Positions 15,715 to 25,093 of a DNA stretch of 39,631 nt are shown here, piece after piece. Under the pieces are notes generated by a model, which worked only from the letters and a program-made list of their open reading frames with translations, was not told the DNA's origin and did not search any database. The translations under genes were made by a program, and so were the position numbers. This DNA comes from a virus (Duplodnaviria; Caudoviricetes): positions 1 to 39,631 of IMG/VR virus record IMGVR_UViG_3300011337_000090. The stretch is one strand, 5' to 3'. The first letter of the stretch is position 1. Every line of letters begins with the position of its first letter.

Positions 15715-16638
15715 ATGGGCTTAGGTACCAATCACGTTACAACCACCACCGCAGCAACCTTCATTCCTGAAGTTTGGAGCGATGAAATTGTAGCCGCATA
15801 CAAAAAATCCCTCGTCATGGCCAATCTGGTCAAGAAGATGAGCTTCAAGGGCAAGAAAGGTGACACCGTTCACATTCCAGTGCCTACCCGTGGCGACGCT
15901 TCCGCTAAGACTGCTGGCAACCAAGTTACCTTGATTGCTGCTACCGAAGGCGAAATCGTTGTGCCAATCAGCAACCACTTCGAGTACAGCCGTCTGATCG
16001 AGGACATCGTTGAAGCCCAAGCTCTGTCGAGCCTGCGTAGCTTCTACACTGATGACGCTGGTCACGCTCTGGCTAAGAAGGTTGACACCACTCTGATCCA
16101 ACTGGCTCGTGCAGCGCGTGGCGGTTCTTCCGCTAACGCTCAGTACGCTGGCGGTATCATCGGTTCTACCGGTGCTGCTTACACCTACGGCACTTCCAAC
16201 GCTGCCAACATCGCTGATGCCGGTATCCGTGCCGCTATCCAGTTGTTGGACGACCAAGACGTGCCTATGGATGGCCGTTCGCTGGTGGTTCCTCCTGTTG
16301 CTCGTAACAGCATGCTGGGCATCAACCGCTTCACCGAGCAAGCCTTCAAGGGTAACGGTACTACCCTGATGAACGGCGAATTCGGCGACATCTACGGCGT
16401 GAAAGTGTATGTGTCTACCAACTGCGATACCGCTGCTGGTAACTCTGCAACTGATCGCGTGGCTCTGATGTTCCACCGCGACTGGGCTGTTCTGGTTGAG
16501 CAGATCGGTGTGCGTTCGCAGACTCAGTACAAACAAGAATACCTCGGTACTCTGTTTACTGCTGACACTCTGTACGGCGCTGCTGAGCTGCGTGACTACG
16601 GCGCAGTGCCAATCGTTGTGGACGCTTCGGCAGCCTGA
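15715..16638 (+). CDS. Major capsid protein
   Basis: FIPEVWS, KGDTVHIP, D..DVPMDGR, G.IYGVKVYVS, DTLYG; strong codon bias; followed by a terminator. Confidence 0.93.
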   Translation: MGLGTNHVTTTTAATFIPEVWSDEIVAAYKKSLVMANLVKKMSFKGKKGDTVHIPVPTRGDASAKTAGNQVTLIAATEGEIVVPISNHFEYSRLIEDIVEAQALSSLRSFYTDDAGHALAKKVDTTLIQLARAARGGSSANAQYAGGIIGSTGAAYTYGTSNAANIADAGIRAAIQLLDDQDVPMDGRSLVVPPVARNSMLGINRFTEQAFKGNGTTLMNGEFGDIYGVKVYVSTNCDTAAGNSATDRVALMFHRDWAVLVEQIGVRSQTQYKQEYLGTLFTADTLYGAAELRDYGAVPIVVDASAA

Positions 16639-16646
16639 TGATTGAG

Positions 16647-16670
16647 GAGGGCCCTTCGGGGCTCTCTTTT
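16647..16670 (+). terminator. Intrinsic terminator after capsid gene
   Basis: GAGGGCCC-TTCG-GGGCTCTC-TTTT. Confidence 0.9.
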
Positions 16671-16710
16671 GTTTACTACTTATTATCTATGAGTAATAAA
16701 TAAAGGAGAT

Positions 16711-16899
16711 ATGTATATGGTAAGCTTTCAGATGAAACATAGCAATCGTCCTCAGACCATTGCCACAGTTACTCGTGAAGTAGACATTAAGAGCTTTAGG
16801 GATAATCCAGAATGGTACGAGATTACTCCTGAAATGCAGCAACAACAGCAACCTGCTAAAGTCGTTAAACAAGCTAAGAAGACTAAGGAACTAAAATGA
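16711..16899 (+). CDS. Small hypothetical virion-region protein
   Basis: AAGGAG RBS; ATGA overlap with the tail fibre gene. Confidence 0.7.
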   Translation: MYMVSFQMKHSNRPQTIATVTREVDIKSFRDNPEWYEITPEMQQQQQPAKVVKQAKKTKELK

Positions 16900-18929
16900 C
16901 AATCTTTCGCGGTCCCGGCGGCACAGGCTCTGCCACTTCTGATTCGGACACCACAGAGTTCCAAGAGTTCTTGGTTCAATCTCAGGCTGCCCGTGACGCT
17001 GCTCAGGCTGCTCAAGCTGCTGCTGAACTGGCAGAAACCAATGCAGAGACTGCTGAGACCAACGCAGAAACTGCTGAGACTAACGCAGAAACAGCCGCTA
17101 CCAATGCCGCATCGAGCGCCTCTGCTGCTGCTTCCAGTGCCTCAAGCGCTTCGACATCTGCAACTAATGCAGCTTCCAGTGCATCAGCAGCATCTACTTC
17201 TGCTACTAACGCTTCGGCCAGTGCTTCGGCTGCGGCTGCATCGGCCAGTGCTGCTCTGACATCTGAGAACAATGCAGAGACTGCCGAGACTAACGCCGCT
17301 GCTTCTGCCTCTGCTGCTGCTTCTAGCGCATCTACAGCGACCACTCAAGCATCCAATGCTGCTGCCAGTGCTTCTGCTGCTCTGGCTTCCGAGACTGCTG
17401 CTGCATCGTCAGCATCCAGTGCCTCGTCTAGCGCATCTGCTGCCTCCACTAGCGCCTCTAACGCAGCTACCTCTGCCTCTAACGCAGCTTCTTCGGCTAC
17501 GTCTGCGGCCAATAGTGCAAGCGCTGCTGCCGCAAGTGCTGCTTCTATCAATCCTGCCGATATTGTACATATTAGTGGTACAGAAACAATTACAGGAGCA
17601 AAGACCTTTAGCCAGACCATTACAGGCTCCATTACAGGCAATGCGGGTACGGTGACTAACGGCGTAGTTACTACAGGTTCTTACGCAGACCCCGCTTGGA
17701 TTACCTCATTAGCAGGTTCTAAAGTATCTGGAAACATCAGTGGTAACGCTGCCAATGTAACAGGCACTGTGGCTATTGCTAATGGCGGCACAGGTTCTAC
17801 TACAGCTTCTACTGCTCGTACAGCCTTAGGTGTGGCTATAGGTACTGACGTACAAGCATACAGTCCTAACCTTAGTGCTTATGCCTCTACAGGTATTGGC
17901 TTCCGCAACCGCATCATCAACGGTGACATGCGGATTGACCAGAGGAACGCTGGGGCGAGTGTGACTCCTACTGCATACCAATATCTTGTAGACCGTTGGC
18001 AATTCGGTCTAAGCCAAGCATCAAAGTTTTCATTGCAGCAAAACGCTGGTGCAGCTACGCCTCCTGCTGGTTTTACTAACTACCTCGGCGCAACATCTTT
18101 GTCTGCCTACTCTGTAACATCAACAGACTTTTTCCTGTTGACGCAATACGTTGAGGGTTTAAATGTTGCTGACTTTGGGTGGGGAACCGCTAATGCGGCA
18201 ACAGTAACGCTTTCATTTTGGGTTCGCTCAAGCCTGACAGGTACTTTTGGTGGGTCTTTGAAAAACGGTGCTAACAACCGTTCTTATCCGTTTAGCTACT
18301 CCATCAGTGCAGCAAACACTTGGGAACTAAAAACCATCACTGTTACTGGCGATACGTCTGGAACTTGGCTTACAACTAATGGACGAGGTTTAATTCTAAA
18401 CTTTGGCATGGGTGTTGGTTCAACTTACAGCGGAACTGCTGGCGCTTGGGCTGGCGCAGATTACTTGTCAGCCACAGGCGCAACCTCTGTAGTCGGCACA
18501 AGCGGGGCCACCTTCTACATTACAGGAGTCCAACTGGAAGCTGGCACCAAGGCATCGGAATTTGATCGCAGGGACTACGGGCGTGAGCTGATGATGTGCC
18601 AGCGGTACTTTTACATGCTAGCTAAAGGGAATGGTCAGCCTGTGTCGCAGGGCGCATACTTTAATGCGGGGTTGCTTCAGAACTTCGTGACATTTCCCGT
18701 GACCATGCGAATTACTCCAAGCATTGTCGAAACAACTGGCACGAACTTCTACATAGCGTACACAAACAACACGACGGATGGCTTTGACTCTATTGGGTCA
18801 ATCCCAAGGGGTTCACCGTCTACGGTGCAGATCGACTCGACATCAGGGGTTAGCGGAACCACTGGTTTTGGCTGTGCAGTCGCAACAAACAACGCAAGTT
18901 GTTCCCTTGGTTTTTCTTCGGAGCTGTAA
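16896..18929 (+). CDS. Tail fibre / receptor-binding protein
   Basis: Ala/Ser-rich coiled repeats (AETNAET), VHISGTETITGAKTF, ANGGTG, FRNRIINGDMRIDQR domain, GVQLEAG...CQRYFY, then a C-terminal tip. Confidence 0.85.
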   Translation: MTIFRGPGGTGSATSDSDTTEFQEFLVQSQAARDAAQAAQAAAELAETNAETAETNAETAETNAETAATNAASSASAAASSASSASTSATNAASSASAASTSATNASASASAAAASASAALTSENNAETAETNAAASASAAASSASTATTQASNAAASASAALASETAAASSASSASSSASAASTSASNAATSASNAASSATSAANSASAAAASAASINPADIVHISGTETITGAKTFSQTITGSITGNAGTVTNGVVTTGSYADPAWITSLAGSKVSGNISGNAANVTGTVAIANGGTGSTTASTARTALGVAIGTDVQAYSPNLSAYASTGIGFRNRIINGDMRIDQRNAGASVTPTAYQYLVDRWQFGLSQASKFSLQQNAGAATPPAGFTNYLGATSLSAYSVTSTDFFLLTQYVEGLNVADFGWGTANAATVTLSFWVRSSLTGTFGGSLKNGANNRSYPFSYSISAANTWELKTITVTGDTSGTWLTTNGRGLILNFGMGVGSTYSGTAGAWAGADYLSATGATSVVGTSGATFYITGVQLEAGTKASEFDRRDYGRELMMCQRYFYMLAKGNGQPVSQGAYFNAGLLQNFVTFPVTMRITPSIVETTGTNFYIAYTNNTTDGFDSIGSIPRGSPSTVQIDSTSGVSGTTGFGCAVATNNASCSLGFSSEL

Positions 18930-19130
18930 ATGTATAGGCTATATAAATCTTCTTACACAAACGAAGTTGTTGGCGCAACGAAGATTGATGGAGGCATTCG
19001 GACAAGTTTTCTGTTCGACCCCGCCAACACAGACTACGCCGAGTACCTGAAATGGCTGGCCGCTGGAAACCAGCCTATTCCCGCGAATGCGGGAGAGGGC
19101 AATGAGCCATTACCACCAGAGGAGAACTAA
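18930..19130 (+). CDS. Small tail-fibre-associated protein
   Basis: [20 protein letters not shown]; directly follows the fibre gene. Confidence 0.7.
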   Translation: MYRLYKSSYTNEVVGATKIDGGIRTSFLFDPANTDYAEYLKWLAAGNQPIPANAGEGNEPLPPEEN

Positions 19131-19131
19131 T

Positions 19132-19308
19132 ATGCCGCTTAAAAAGGGAAAATCAGATAAGACAGTATCCGAGAACATCTCCATGATGGTCAAGGAAGGT
19201 AAACCTCAGAAGCAGGCTGTTGCTATTGCCTTGAGCGAAGCAGGCCGAAATAAGCCTGAGCGTGGTGAACGTACCAAGAAGAATAAAGAGAAGAAGAAGT
19301 CCAAATGA
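19132..19308 (+). CDS. Small basic protein (MPLKKG...QAVAIAL type)
   Basis: GAGGAG RBS; start ATG 19132. Confidence 0.75.
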   Translation: MPLKKGKSDKTVSENISMMVKEGKPQKQAVAIALSEAGRNKPERGERTKKNKEKKKSK

Positions 19309-19640
19309 CACGCCCAGTATCGGTAGGTGTTAACCTCACATCAGGAGCTGCTACGACAATCTACACAGTTCCTCTTGGTTACTTTGCTAAGTGGAATCTG
19401 ATGTACCTGTTCAACAATAGTGGTTCTACCAAATCTATTTCTGTTTACTGGCGAGATAGTAGCACCAGCACTGATCTATATGTGCATAACGGTACAATTG
19501 CCGCAGGCTCGTATGTACGCATGGACGGAGGAGCTTACGTGGTCATGGAAGAAGGAGATACTGTAGTCATGCAAGATGAAGCAGGTAGCTCATTCAGTAC
19601 TATCTGCACCTTTGAATTGTTTAAGAAAGAAGGAATATAA
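19305..19640 (+). CDS. Virion-region beta-rich hypothetical protein
   Basis: TTIYTVP...VMEEGDTV; operon position. Confidence 0.7.
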   Translation: MTRPVSVGVNLTSGAATTIYTVPLGYFAKWNLMYLFNNSGSTKSISVYWRDSSTSTDLYVHNGTIAAGSYVRMDGGAYVVMEEGDTVVMQDEAGSSFSTICTFELFKKEGI

Positions 19641-19643
19641 GTT

Positions 19644-20297
19644 ATGGCCCTGCCAACATACCTTGAGCTTGTCAATGACGTATTGGTTCGTATGCGCGAA
19701 CCTGAAGTCACGACAGTCAATGAAAACACATTATCGAAGCTTGTTGGTAGGTTGGTGAATGATGCCAAGCGACAAGTAGAAGATGCCTACGCATGGAATG
19801 CTTTAACCGATACCTTGATGATCGAGACCTTAGCCAACACATACGGCTATGTGCTCAATGGTTCAGGTACTCGCTTTAAAGTCATTGATGCCCAAGACAT
19901 CACCAACAAGTCCACTATCCGTGCCTTGACTACATCTAAGATGTCTGAATACTTGTTGAACAATACAAGTGCAGGTAATCCGATGTACTACAACTTTAAC
20001 GGTATCCACACAACAGGTGATACCAAAGTTGACTTCTACCCTGTTCCAACAGCAGGCTTGACTCTGTACTTTAACCTGTACATTCCTCAGCCAGAACTGA
20101 CAACTGACTCTCAGACAATGCTGGTTCCTAAAGAACCTGTGGTGTTAGGAGCCTTTGCCCGTGCCTTGGTTGAGCGAGGTGAGGATGGCGGCTTGAACAG
20201 TACCGAAGCCTATGGTTTGTACAAAGCTTCCTTGGCTGATGCCATCGCTATCGAAAGTTCTCGCTATGTTGAGGAAGAGACTTGGGAGGCTGTGTAA
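19644..20297 (+). CDS. Head-tail adaptor / tail tubular protein A (putative)
   Basis: TYLELVNDVLVRMRE, VNDAKRQVE...W, FYPVP; size and position. Confidence 0.75.
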   Translation: MALPTYLELVNDVLVRMREPEVTTVNENTLSKLVGRLVNDAKRQVEDAYAWNALTDTLMIETLANTYGYVLNGSGTRFKVIDAQDITNKSTIRALTTSKMSEYLLNNTSAGNPMYYNFNGIHTTGDTKVDFYPVPTAGLTLYFNLYIPQPELTTDSQTMLVPKEPVVLGAFARALVERGEDGGLNSTEAYGLYKASLADAIAIESSRYVEEETWEAV

Positions 20298-20300
20298 GCT

Positions 20301-21857
20301 ATGGCTCAGGCTCTTCAAACATTTAGCATTACAGCCCCGGGATTTTACGGATTAAATAGTCAAGACAGTTCATTGGACTTAGCCTCTGGCTTTGCTCTGA
20401 CAGCAGTCAACTGTGTTATTGACCAGTATGGACGTGTGGGTGCTCGCAAAGGCTGGACACCAAAGAACACAACCAATGCTGACTTAGGCTCTGCCAACGT
20501 AGAAGCCATCGGTCAGTTGGTCACAGACAGCGGTGTTGAGTACACTATCGTAGCAGGTAACAATAAGTTATTTAAGCTTGTGGGCAATACACTGACTATG
20601 CTGACCTACGGCGGTGGTGGCGTAGCTCCTACGATTACGGCTAACAACTGGCAGATTGCAGCCTTGAACGAGTGCTTGTATTTCTTCCAAACAGGGCACG
20701 ATCCTCTGGTGTTCGACCCTGCCGTAAGTACTACTACGTATCGCCGGGTGTCTGAAAAGTCAGGCTACACAGGCACAGTCCCTGCCGGTAACATTGTACT
20801 GTCAGCCTACGGACGCTTATGGGTAGCTGACTTAGCTGCTGAGAAAGCTGTTGTTTACTGGTCAGACATCCTCTCAGGCCACAAGTGGTCAGGAGGCTCC
20901 ACAGGCTCTATCGACGTATCGTCTGTGTGGCCTAACGGTGCAGATAACATCACAGGCTTAGCCTCTCACAACGGATTCTTGTTCATCTTCGGTAAAAACA
21001 ACATCTTGGTGTACTCCGGTGCTCAGGATGTGCTCTCGGCCGGTGTATTCAAGATTTCTGACTCCTTGACCGGTATTGGCTGCATCGCTAGAGACACCAT
21101 CCAGAACACTGGCTCAGATGTTATCTTCTTGTCGGACACAGGCGTTCGTAGCGTCCTCAGGACCATCCAAGAGAAGTCAGCACCCTTCCGTGACTTGTCT
21201 AAGAACGTACGTAATGACCTAATGAGTGCTGTAGCAGGTGAATCCTTGAGCACACTTAAGTCTGTGTACAGTCCTTTTGAGTCCTTCTACCTGTTGTCTT
21301 TACCCAGTCTCAAGACTGTGTACTGCTTCGACATGAAGACTGTCTTACAAGATGGCTCCAGCCGGGTGACTACATGGGATAGTATCGAACCTAAGAGCTT
21401 CTGTTACCTCCGTGACAAGAGCTTATTGATCGGCAAGGCAGGCTACGTAGGTCAGTATGGCGGCTATCAGGATAATGGTAACTTGTACCGCTTCCAGTAC
21501 TTCACTAACCACACTGACTTAGGTGCTCCGTCTGTAAGTTCTGTCCTGAAGAAACTCTCTGTTGTTGTCATCGGTGGTTCTAACCAATATGTGACAATTA
21601 AGTGGGGATACGACTTCAAAGAAAACTTTTATGCACAAACTGCAAAAATTCCTACTCAGGGTATTGCAGAATTTGGAATTTCAGAGTATAATACTAGCGG
21701 GACAGAATATTTTGATGGTATTTCTTTGCAAACACTTGTGGCATACCCCACAGGCGCAGGTAAAGTTGTTCAAACAGGCTATGAAGCAGACATCAACGGA
21801 ACGCCTTTAAGTATTCAAAAGTTGGAAATACAGGCCAAAAACGGAAAGATTTTATAA
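20301..21857 (+). CDS. Tail nozzle / tail tubular protein B (putative beta-propeller)
   Basis: APGFYGLN, GRLWVA..VYWSD, GIGCIA, VIFLSDTGVRS; follows the adaptor. Confidence 0.75.
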   Translation: MAQALQTFSITAPGFYGLNSQDSSLDLASGFALTAVNCVIDQYGRVGARKGWTPKNTTNADLGSANVEAIGQLVTDSGVEYTIVAGNNKLFKLVGNTLTMLTYGGGGVAPTITANNWQIAALNECLYFFQTGHDPLVFDPAVSTTTYRRVSEKSGYTGTVPAGNIVLSAYGRLWVADLAAEKAVVYWSDILSGHKWSGGSTGSIDVSSVWPNGADNITGLASHNGFLFIFGKNNILVYSGAQDVLSAGVFKISDSLTGIGCIARDTIQNTGSDVIFLSDTGVRSVLRTIQEKSAPFRDLSKNVRNDLMSAVAGESLSTLKSVYSPFESFYLLSLPSLKTVYCFDMKTVLQDGSSRVTTWDSIEPKSFCYLRDKSLLIGKAGYVGQYGGYQDNGNLYRFQYFTNHTDLGAPSVSSVLKKLSVVVIGGSNQYVTIKWGYDFKENFYAQTAKIPTQGIAEFGISEYNTSGTEYFDGISLQTLVAYPTGAGKVVQTGYEADINGTPLSIQKLEIQAKNGKIL

Positions 21858-21858
21858 C

Positions 21859-22557
21859 ATGACTGATTACGTTAAAAGTACTAACTTTTCCAGTAAAGAC
21901 TCACTGGCATCGGGCAATCCTTTAAAGATTGTTAAAGGTACAGAATTTGATATTGAGTTCAACAATATTGCTACAGCTATCACTAGTAAGTTAGATGCTG
22001 TTAATGCGGCGCTAACGGGTATTCCCACAGCTCCGACAGCAGCAGGAGGGACGAACACTTCTCAGATTGCTACTACAGCCTTCGTTACCACAGCGCTACA
22101 GTCTCTGTATCCGGTAGGCTCTATCTACATCAACGCTGGAGCTACTACCAATCCTGCTACTTTGCTTGGTTTCGGTACTTGGGTAGCCTTCGGTGCTGGC
22201 CGAGTGATGGTAGGCTTGAACGGTGCTGATCCGCTGTTTGATGCTTTGGAAGAGACTGGCGGTAGCAAGGATGCTATCGTTGTCAGTCACTCACACACAG
22301 GTAGTACTGCTTCTGCTGGCTCACACAACCACATTGGGGGTACTCCTACTCAGTCAGGTCAGACGATCTACGGACAAAGCGGTGCTTCTGCGGTATCCCG
22401 TACAGGTCACGCTTCCGGTGAAGTTGGCTACGGTATGTACACAAGCACTGAAGGCGCTCACTCGCATTCAGTTACAGTGGACGCAGCAGGCTCCTCCGGA
22501 ACTAACGCTAACCTCCAGCCATACGTTACAGTGGCTATGTGGAAAAGGACTGCTTAA
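21859..22557 (+). CDS. Tail tip/short fibre protein with T4 gp10-C-like domain
   Basis: EFNNIATAI, PTAPTA, YPVGSIY..NPATLLGFGTW..GRVMVG, HSH motifs, NLQPYVTVAMWKRTA. Confidence 0.8.
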   Translation: MTDYVKSTNFSSKDSLASGNPLKIVKGTEFDIEFNNIATAITSKLDAVNAALTGIPTAPTAAGGTNTSQIATTAFVTTALQSLYPVGSIYINAGATTNPATLLGFGTWVAFGAGRVMVGLNGADPLFDALEETGGSKDAIVVSHSHTGSTASAGSHNHIGGTPTQSGQTIYGQSGASAVSRTGHASGEVGYGMYTSTEGAHSHSVTVDAAGSSGTNANLQPYVTVAMWKRTA

Positions 22558-22560
22558 CCT

Positions 22561-22848
22561 ATGAAAACACCTGTAATAAACACAGATGACTACACTGTCT
22601 ATTTAGAGTACTTCTCTAACAATACATTTATTCATTGTGATTGTTACAGGTGGACTAAGACGGTTAAGAAACAACTGAAAGCAGACTTTGATAAGCTCGT
22701 AGACATTCACGGTAAGCCTATCTTTGCTATACACGAACTGAACGACAGTAAACATTTAAGGTTTCTGGGTATGATGGATTTTAAATATCATTCCGATTTT
22801 ATCGGTGATGACAAACAAACACGACAACTATTTGTGAGGGTTAAATAA
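22561..22848 (+). CDS. Hypothetical protein preceding ejection proteins (possibly GNAT-like fold)
   Basis: FIHCD...RFLGMMDF; position. Confidence 0.6.
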   Translation: MKTPVINTDDYTVYLEYFSNNTFIHCDCYRWTKTVKKQLKADFDKLVDIHGKPIFAIHELNDSKHLRFLGMMDFKYHSDFIGDDKQTRQLFVRVK

Positions 22849-23858
22849 TGGGTATCGAAGCTGCTCTTATCGGTGGAGGCTTAGGCCTCTTAGGTGGTGT
22901 TGTGAGCGGAAATGCTGCCGAAGATGCAGCACGCACATCCGCTGATGCACAATTACGGGCTGCTCAGATGGCCGCAGAAGCTCAGAAGTTCCGTCCAGTG
23001 GGTATTACTTCCCGCTTCGGTACTTCTCAGTTCACAATGTCTCCTGAGGGTTATGTCACAGGCGCAGGCTACGATGTGGCTCCAGACATCGCAGCTCTGC
23101 GTGATCGCTTACTGTCTCAGGCAAGCGGTCAAGGTGTCCAGACAGCGGAGCAAGCGCAGGCAGCTCAGCAGCAACTGTTCGGCTTAGGTCAGCAGTATCT
23201 GGCGCAGACTCCGCAGCAGGCAGCTCAGGATTGGATGGCTTCTCAGCAGGCTCTGTTGCAGCCAGCCCGTGAACGTGCTCAGGCAGGATTGACTCAGAAT
23301 CTGTTCAACACAGGCCGTGGTGGTGTTGCTGTCTCCCAAGGCGGTATGATGGGTGCTGCTAACCCTGAACAACAGGCTCTGTTGAATGCTCAGGCATTAC
23401 AGGACTTGGAACTGGCTACACGTGCTCAAGAGCAAGGCAGAGCAGCTACTACCTTCGGTGCAGGCTTGTTCGGTACTGGCTTAGACTTAGCCTCTGGTGG
23501 CTATAACCCATTGAAGACACAGTTTGGCTTGGCTCAGAGCTTGGAAGCCGCTGGTCAATCTCCTCTGGATATCGGTGCTCAGTTGGGTGGTCGTTCTGCT
23601 GCCGCAGGTGCTAACGTTGGTCAGACATTGTTCCAAGGCGGTACTAACGCTGCCCGAGCAATGGAAGCTGCTAATGCTTACAGCCCTGTTGGAGCTGCTT
23701 TCAGTGGTATTGCAGGTAACAAGCAGTTGACAGAAGGACTAGCTAAGTTGTTCGGTAGTCCAATAATTCCTCAAGGTACGTATGTCGCAGGAGGCACAGG
23801 TGCTGCTAACCCCTACATTCCCAATGCAAATCCTTGGATGGACAACCGAGATTATTAA
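22848..23858 (+). CDS. Internal virion/ejection protein
   Basis: Gly/Ala/Gln-rich with hydrophobic N-terminus. Confidence 0.7.
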   Translation: MGIEAALIGGGLGLLGGVVSGNAAEDAARTSADAQLRAAQMAAEAQKFRPVGITSRFGTSQFTMSPEGYVTGAGYDVAPDIAALRDRLLSQASGQGVQTAEQAQAAQQQLFGLGQQYLAQTPQQAAQDWMASQQALLQPARERAQAGLTQNLFNTGRGGVAVSQGGMMGAANPEQQALLNAQALQDLELATRAQEQGRAATTFGAGLFGTGLDLASGGYNPLKTQFGLAQSLEAAGQSPLDIGAQLGGRSAAAGANVGQTLFQGGTNAARAMEAANAYSPVGAAFSGIAGNKQLTEGLAKLFGSPIIPQGTYVAGGTGAANPYIPNANPWMDNRDY

Positions 23859-23867
23859 GGAGTAACA

Positions 23868-25091
23868 ATGGCTGAAGTAGTTAATAGTTTATTCGGGATC
23901 ACTCCAGAATCCCTCATGGCAGAGCGTGAGAAGGCTTTGCAGACACAAGCCATGCAGTACGCTCAGGCTGACCCTTTCCAGCGTGCTACCGCTGCAATCT
24001 ACTCCGGTGCTAACCGCTTAGGAGGCGCTGTAGGTGGGCTTCTGGGTGCTCAAGACCCTGAGATGATGCGTATTCAGCAGCGTCAAGGTGTGTTGCAGAA
24101 CTTAGACCTGACCAATCCTGAGTCTTTGAAGCAAGGCATCCAGACTGCTATGCAGAACAAAGACTACCAACTGGTCAGTGAGCTGACTAACCGTTATCAG
24201 CAACGTACTGCTGCTGAGCTGGCTGCACGTAAGACTGAAGCTGAGATTACAGCTAAGACTGCTGAGAAGAAGTCATTCTCCGTGGGCGACAAAGCATTCT
24301 TAGCGTTGGCTGCTAAAGCTACCCCTGCTTCTGTTAAAGCTGCTCAAGACGCAGGTAATGACATTAGTTTGCTTGATGTTCCAGAAGCTGAAAAAGTTTC
24401 TACTTATGGTCAAGTGTTAAAAGACGCTGGCCTAACTCCGGGAACACCTGAGTTCCAGAAACAGATGCAAGCATTCGCCGCTGCTGAGTTGGAAGGTACT
24501 AAGCAAGGCAAAGGAGCAAAGATTACTAACGTGCTCCCCGGCGTGGGTAAAGCAGGAGATGTTACAGGTCTTCGTAAAGACTTGCAAGCTATTACTAAGC
24601 CTTATCAAGATCAGTCAGACGCTGCTCAAGACGCTATTGAACTGGCAGACATGGCATTGAAGAGTAACAACTTTGCTGCTGTCTCTAGCTTGTCACGTAG
24701 TCTTGCTAAAGCAGCTGGAGAAACTCAACTGTCCCGCGCTGATGTGGAAGCATTCGGTATTGATCCTTCTTTAGTTGGTCGCGTGTCTGATACTATTTCT
24801 ACACTGACTCAAGGACGACCAACAGCAGATACTTTAACTAAGTTGCGCCAGCTTTCTGAAGCTTTGAAGAAGAAAGCAGACTCCCGTATCTCTGTGGAGG
24901 AACAGCAGTTGCAAGATACCGCAAGGGTCAGTGGCTTGTTTACCGAGCCTCAGATTAATACTGTATTCCGTCGACGTCCTTCTAGCGCACCTGCAAAGAC
25001 AGCTTTTACTTCGGTTAAAGAAGCTGAAGCAGCTAATCTCCCTAAAGGGACAATTATCACAATCAATGGCCGACGAGCCGTAGTGGAGTAA
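23868..25091 (+). CDS. Internal virion/ejection protein
   Basis: AAGGAG RBS; helical, Ala/Gln-rich; position. Confidence 0.65.
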   Translation: MAEVVNSLFGITPESLMAEREKALQTQAMQYAQADPFQRATAAIYSGANRLGGAVGGLLGAQDPEMMRIQQRQGVLQNLDLTNPESLKQGIQTAMQNKDYQLVSELTNRYQQRTAAELAARKTEAEITAKTAEKKSFSVGDKAFLALAAKATPASVKAAQDAGNDISLLDVPEAEKVSTYGQVLKDAGLTPGTPEFQKQMQAFAAAELEGTKQGKGAKITNVLPGVGKAGDVTGLRKDLQAITKPYQDQSDAAQDAIELADMALKSNNFAAVSSLSRSLAKAAGETQLSRADVEAFGIDPSLVGRVSDTISTLTQGRPTADTLTKLRQLSEALKKKADSRISVEEQQLQDTARVSGLFTEPQINTVFRRRPSSAPAKTAFTSVKEAEAANLPKGTIITINGRRAVVE

Positions 25092-25093
25092 CA

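Noticed and set aside
15721-16536. 271-aa antisense ORF over the capsid gene, and similar antisense ORFs over portal, fibre, RNR and ejection genes
   Set aside because: Explained by strong codon bias or low complexity of the sense gene; no RBS or recognisable motifs.
17000-17550. Ala/Ser repeats as a DNA repeat element or diversity-generating retroelement
   Set aside because: These are protein-level coiled-coil repeats of a tail fibre. No reverse transcriptase or template/variable repeat pair was seen.
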